A stretch of DNA of 64,000 bases from Candidatus Zixiibacteriota bacterium (GTDB taxonomy: Bacteria; Zixibacteria; MSB-5A5; UBA10806). The stretch is from the NCBI GenBank assembly GCA_020348065.1, contig CP070742.1:1765721-1829720 (forward strand), in the 5' to 3' direction. Positions 60,231 through 64,000 of this stretch are shown one piece after another (position 1 is the stretch's first letter; every line of letters begins with the position of its first letter). The notes under the pieces were generated by a model. It did no database searches and was not told where the DNA came from. It worked only from the letters and a program-made list of their open reading frames with translations. The translations under genes were made by a program, and so were the position numbers.

Positions 60231-60989
60231 TTGCGTCAGGTAATTTTCGTAACAATTTTGATGGTTGTGTCTTTTGGCGTGGGATTCGGAATATGGTTCG
60301 GCATTTTCCGCAACGCGCCGGACAGATCGTTGATGCATACAATGTATCAGGGGGGACCCCTTGTTGTCGCGTTAATCGCTATGCTGGTTATGCTTATGGG
60401 ATTCATTATTGAGCGATCCATCACCCTTTATCACGGCGCCACCGGTAAGGCGTCGGTTCAATCGTTTTTCAAAAAGGTGATTACCGCACTGCAAAAAGGC
60501 GATTACGAAGGGGCCATCGCGGCCTGCGACAAACAGAAAGGTACCGTTGCCAATATACTCAGAGCCGGTATCGAAAGATTTAATGTTGTCAAGGATGACT
60601 CGTCTCTTAATTTTGAGAAAAAAATCAGCGAAACCCAGAGAGCTATAGAGGAGGCAAATGCTCTGGAGGTTCCTTTGCTCGAAAGAAACCTGATCGCTCT
60701 CTCGACCATCGCCTCCACGGCCACCATGGTGGGGCTTCTGGGAACCACCATCGGCATGATCAGGGCTTTCGCCGCCACCGGTGACACCGCCACCGGGGCC
60801 ATTAACGCCGAGCAGCTGGCTATCGGTATTTCGGAGGCGCTGGTGAATACCGCCGGAGGTCTCGCCAACGCCATCATCGGGATTATTTCCTATAACTTTT
60901 TTGTGAACAAGGTTGACGCTTTCAACTATACCATCGATGAGGCCTCCTACGAGGTTATTCAATTGCTCAAAGACAAAGAAGGGAAATAG
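60231..60989 (+). CDS. exbB: MotA/TolQ/ExbB family proton channel
   Basis: LSTIASTATMVGLLGTTIGMIRAF and GISEALVNTAGGL motifs; TTG start with AAGGAGG RBS. Confidence 0.85.
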   Translation: MRQVIFVTILMVVSFGVGFGIWFGIFRNAPDRSLMHTMYQGGPLVVALIAMLVMLMGFIIERSITLYHGATGKASVQSFFKKVITALQKGDYEGAIAACDKQKGTVANILRAGIERFNVVKDDSSLNFEKKISETQRAIEEANALEVPLLERNLIALSTIASTATMVGLLGTTIGMIRAFAATGDTATGAINAEQLAIGISEALVNTAGGLANAIIGIISYNFFVNKVDAFNYTIDEASYEVIQLLKDKEGK

Positions 60990-60991
60990 AG

Positions 60992-61522
60992 ATGGCAGGC
61001 AAGAAAAGGAGAATTAATATCGCAATCGATATGACCCCTATGGTTGATATCGCTTTTCTCCTTTTGATTTTCTATATGACTACCACGTCATTCAAACCGC
61101 CCGAGAAATTCGAGGTGGTTCTGCCGCCTTCCGAATCCCAGTACAATATGCCGGATGCCGATATTATCAATATTACGGTAAATAAAAACGATGAAATGTT
61201 TCTCGAGTATGTCATAACCGAGGTTGTTCCCAACGATACCGTGATAAATAACATTCTCGTGCCGGCCGGCGATACGACCGTGATCAGAGATTATGTCGAG
61301 GTAGATCCCAGAACCCTGAACGCCGAGTTCATCAGAGTACAGGCCAAGTTCCTCCGAAAAGGCGGCAATCCGCCCCTGGTCGTAAAGGCGGATAAATCCG
61401 CCCGCTACGGTACCATAAAGAAGATTATGGATACTCTTCAGGATTTGAATATCAACCAGTTTTCCCTTATGACCGACAGGGAAAGAATGGCCGAGGCTTT
61501 GGCTGAAGAGCCCCCCGGTTAA
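60992..61522 (+). CDS. exbD: ExbD/TolR biopolymer transport protein
   Basis: INIAIDMTPMVDIAFLLLIFYM signature. Confidence 0.85.
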   Translation: MAGKKRRINIAIDMTPMVDIAFLLLIFYMTTTSFKPPEKFEVVLPPSESQYNMPDADIINITVNKNDEMFLEYVITEVVPNDTVINNILVPAGDTTVIRDYVEVDPRTLNAEFIRVQAKFLRKGGNPPLVVKADKSARYGTIKKIMDTLQDLNINQFSLMTDRERMAEALAEEPPG

Positions 61523-61538
61523 AGTGAGGTGATAAGAA

Positions 61539-62141
61539 ATGGCCGGAGTAGATGTAGGCGGGGATAAACCCCAAAAAGACAAAAAAGAAGGGCTTAGAAG
61601 ACCCAAGCGAAGGGTAAGAATCCGTATCGATATGACTCCCATGGTCGATATCGCATTTCTGCTTTTAATATTTTACATGGTTACAACAGTGTTCTCCCGT
61701 CCTCTGCGAATGGAGATTTCTCTTCCCCCGAAACCTGAGCCCGGAACCGAGCCCCCTACGGTTAAAATCGGGGAAAGCAAGCTACTTCAGATCTTCGTCG
61801 ATAAAAACGATTCTCTTTATTTCCAGACCGGTGAGGGTATGAAACAGCCGGATAAAATCTCCTTTGGGGGACTTTCGGAGATCATTGATGATAAAAACAG
61901 GAACATTCCCGGTTTCACCATGGTATTGAAAATGGACCAGGCCGCTTCATACAGTATGATGGTTAATATTATCGACGAGATTCAAAGTGTGGAACGGGCG
62001 ATCAACGCCGAAATCGCTCAAATGAAAGCTGTCGATCCCGCACTTGAAGATTTTTCGGTCAGGTTCAGTCTGCAGGATATGACCGCCTGGGATGAACATG
62101 TGCTGGGAATAGTCGCGGAAGGGGGGACGGTAGAGCTATGA
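61539..62141 (+). CDS. exbD: ExbD/TolR paralog 2
   Basis: IRIDMTPMVDIAFLLLIFYMVTTVF. Confidence 0.85.
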   Translation: MAGVDVGGDKPQKDKKEGLRRPKRRVRIRIDMTPMVDIAFLLLIFYMVTTVFSRPLRMEISLPPKPEPGTEPPTVKIGESKLLQIFVDKNDSLYFQTGEGMKQPDKISFGGLSEIIDDKNRNIPGFTMVLKMDQAASYSMMVNIIDEIQSVERAINAEIAQMKAVDPALEDFSVRFSLQDMTAWDEHVLGIVAEGGTVEL

Positions 62142-62869
62142 GCACAAGATCTATTTTGGTTGGCTCCTACGAGCTGAAAAGAATCTATCAACGCAACATG
62201 CTTATCGGTTTCGGAATTGCCGGCGGGGCGCATCTTCTTATCATCGGAGCTATCGCGATCGTAATATCGATTAAATCAAGCCAGATAATTGACGCCCCTT
62301 CCGTTGTTATCAGGTCTAAAGCCGAGCTTATTATTCCGCCCTCTATGAGCAAACCCAGGGAACAGATAAAGGTTGCCACTCCCGAACATGAAATCAGACC
62401 TTCGGTGGGCGTGCCCGAACCGGTTCCCGACGAGGAAGCGCCGGAAGAAGTCGAAATCGCCACTCAGGAGGATCTGGCCGCTATGGCGCCCGTAACACCC
62501 ATTGAGGATCTCGAGGACCTCAACGTCGATATGGACGTGGAGGGGATAATCGACGAGCTTCTGCCCACGCCCGATGAATTCATTCCATTCGAGGAGGCGC
62601 CGGTTCAGATTAAAACCGTCAAACCGGAATATCCGCCCATCGCTCAGAGAGCCGGTGTCGAGGGCGTTGTCTGGGTAAAAGCCCTGGTCGACAAAGAGGG
62701 CAAAGTCAGGGATGTTATCATAGTGAAGGAATCGGGAGCCAATGCCGGTTTCGAGGAGGCGGCCATAGAAGCCGCCAAGCAGACCGTATGGAAACCGGCC
62801 ATAGCCAACGGGCAGCCGATCGCCCTATGGATTACCTACAAAGTGGAATTCGTGCTGAGACAGCAATAA
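62138..62869 (+). CDS. tonB: TonB family energy transducer
   Basis: N-terminal TM anchor, Pro/Glu-rich spacer, and a C-terminal TonB domain (KPEYPPIAQRAGVEGVVWVKALVDKEGKV). Confidence 0.8.
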   Translation: MSTRSILVGSYELKRIYQRNMLIGFGIAGGAHLLIIGAIAIVISIKSSQIIDAPSVVIRSKAELIIPPSMSKPREQIKVATPEHEIRPSVGVPEPVPDEEAPEEVEIATQEDLAAMAPVTPIEDLEDLNVDMDVEGIIDELLPTPDEFIPFEEAPVQIKTVKPEYPPIAQRAGVEGVVWVKALVDKEGKVRDVIIVKESGANAGFEEAAIEAAKQTVWKPAIANGQPIALWITYKVEFVLRQQ

Positions 62870-62894
62870 CTCCAGCTTAATAAGTTAGCCCACA

Positions 62895-62928
62895 GCCTCG
62901 CGGATGATAAAAACCGCGAGGCTTTTTT
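62895..62928 (+). terminator. Rho-independent terminator after tonB
   Basis: GCCTCGCGG-(10 nt loop)-CCGCGAGGC followed by TTTTTT. Confidence 0.8.
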
Positions 62929-63023
62929 ATCTACGGAATAAGCCAGCAGCCCCATACGTATTCATAATAGAGAGCGCAATGGGCGCTGATTTAAAAAGGG
63001 CTATTACCGGGGAGGTGATAAAA

Positions 63024-63620
63024 ATGGCCGGGGCTGACACTGGAAATGATAAGAAACACGCAGATATTAAACGTGGGCTGAGACGACCCCAGCGCCGGGC
63101 CAAAGTCCGCATTGATATGACTCCCATGGTAGATATCGCGTTTCTGCTCTTGATCTTTTATATGGTAACCACTGTTTTCGCAAGACCCACTCGAATGGAA
63201 ATATCCCTTCCTCCCAAATCCGATACTTATGAGCCGGAACCGATCGCGGAATCCAAATTGCTAAGACTATTCGTGGATAAAGACGATTCTTTCTATTTCC
63301 AGATAGAGGGAAACATGGATTATCCGGCGAAAGTAGATTTGGTTAAGCTCGCCGAGATAATAAACACGAAAAATCGCACCGTTGAAGATCTTGTTATGCT
63401 GCTTAAACTGGATCAAAACGCGTCCTATTCGTCAATGGTGCGAATTATCGATAAAATCCAGAGCGTGGAAAGCGCGATTAATAACGAAATAGAAATCGCC
63501 AGGCGCTGTAACCCGGAATTAATTATAGGGGATTATTCGCCCCGCCTTATCTTGCGTAATATGTCGGCATATGACGAGTATCTGCTGGATGTGGCAAATC
63601 AGGAAAGGAGGAAACAATGA
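63024..63620 (+). CDS. exbD: ExbD/TolR paralog 3
   Basis: ATG at 63024 with a GGAGGTG RBS gives MAGADTGND...VRIDMTPMVDIAFLLLIFYMVTTVFARPTRMEISLPPK, clearly paralogous to exbD-2. The track start at 62904 overlaps the terminator. Confidence 0.8.
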   Translation: MAGADTGNDKKHADIKRGLRRPQRRAKVRIDMTPMVDIAFLLLIFYMVTTVFARPTRMEISLPPKSDTYEPEPIAESKLLRLFVDKDDSFYFQIEGNMDYPAKVDLVKLAEIINTKNRTVEDLVMLLKLDQNASYSSMVRIIDKIQSVESAINNEIEIARRCNPELIIGDYSPRLILRNMSAYDEYLLDVANQERRKQ

Positions 63621-64000
63621 ATTTCAGGATCTCAAATCTTAAGAGAGTATATCAAAGGAATATGCTCATCGGTTTTTTAACCGCAGGCACCTTATTTGTG
63701 TCTGTATTCGCATTAGCGTCCAATTGGAGCAAAGAATATGAAAAGATTTCCATTTTTATAGAGGAAGACCCTAGATTAGACACATTGATCGTTTATCCCC
63801 CGATACCACCAAAACCGATAGATATAGAAGATATTAGAACCGGTTCACCGCCAGAACCGCCCGAGATTGGACAAATAATAGCCGTTGCTGATACTTTGGT
63901 GGAGCAGGTCGCCGAAATACCGACTCAAAATCAATTAACCAAATGGATTCCGGATAATCCTGAATTCGATCCTGATAGATATACTTCAGAAGCGAATATC
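63617..64000 (+). CDS. tonB: Second TonB-like protein, 5' part (runs off the right edge)
   Basis: ATG at 63617 overlaps the exbD-3 stop. The N-terminus MNFRISNLKRVYQRNMLIGFLTAGTLFVS parallels the first TonB (LKRIYQRNMLIGFGIAGGAHLL) and is followed by a Pro-rich spacer. Missing from the ORF track because there is no stop in the window. Confidence 0.6.
   Translation, partial: MNFRISNLKRVYQRNMLIGFLTAGTLFVSVFALASNWSKEYEKISIFIEEDPRLDTLIVYPPIPPKPIDIEDIRTGSPPEPPEIGQIIAVADTLVEQVAEIPTQNQLTKWIPDNPEFDPDRYTSEANI

Noticed and set aside
1-64000. Search for CRISPR arrays, IS or transposase or integrase genes, phage genes, restriction-modification, toxin-antitoxin or other defence systems
   Set aside because: No direct-repeat/spacer periodicity was seen, and no ORF has recombinase, nuclease or methyltransferase motifs. 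Essentially every ORF longer than 80 aa is accounted for by housekeeping or transport families. The window looks like core chromosome rather than an accessory island.

Overview
The window is a 64 kb stretch of a bacterial chromosome, roughly 50% GC, with Shine-Dalgarno sites that are mostly well formed. It is densely packed with housekeeping operons and almost every gene can be named from its translated motifs. In order, the content is: asnS; yceD-rpmF-plsX-fabH-fabD-fabG-acpP-fabF-rnc; an orphan etfB-like gene; one 1727-aa regulator that fuses a Ser/Thr kinase, a STAND ATPase, TPR repeats, a GAF domain and a sigma-54 activator; yebC-ruvCAB-DUF2905-queA-ispD-ispF-dedA-ddl; cysS; a minus-strand DUF3467 plus GH57 branching-enzyme pair; the split hldE genes; accB-pilT-accC; gcvH-gcvPA, two inserted genes, then gcvPB; a lone duplicated ECF-type ATPase; pyrR-pyrB-pyrC-yjbQ-mtnA; rplM-rpsI; rpsB-tsf-pyrH-frr-uppS-cdsA; a 600-nt non-coding gap carrying five consecutive perfect hairpins; an NlpC/P60 lipoprotein; a YbhGFSR-like efflux cluster; and a TPR/membrane gene group followed by exbB-exbD-exbD-tonB and a second tandem exbD-tonB copy. 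I found no rRNA, complete tRNA, CRISPR array, transposase or integrase. The most unusual items are the giant kinase/sigma-54 fusion regulator, the hairpin-rich gap that replaces the usual dxr/rseP position after cdsA, pilT wedged inside the accBC operon, and the two genes wedged inside the gcv operon. All calls rest on reading the supplied translations and sequence only; no searches were run.
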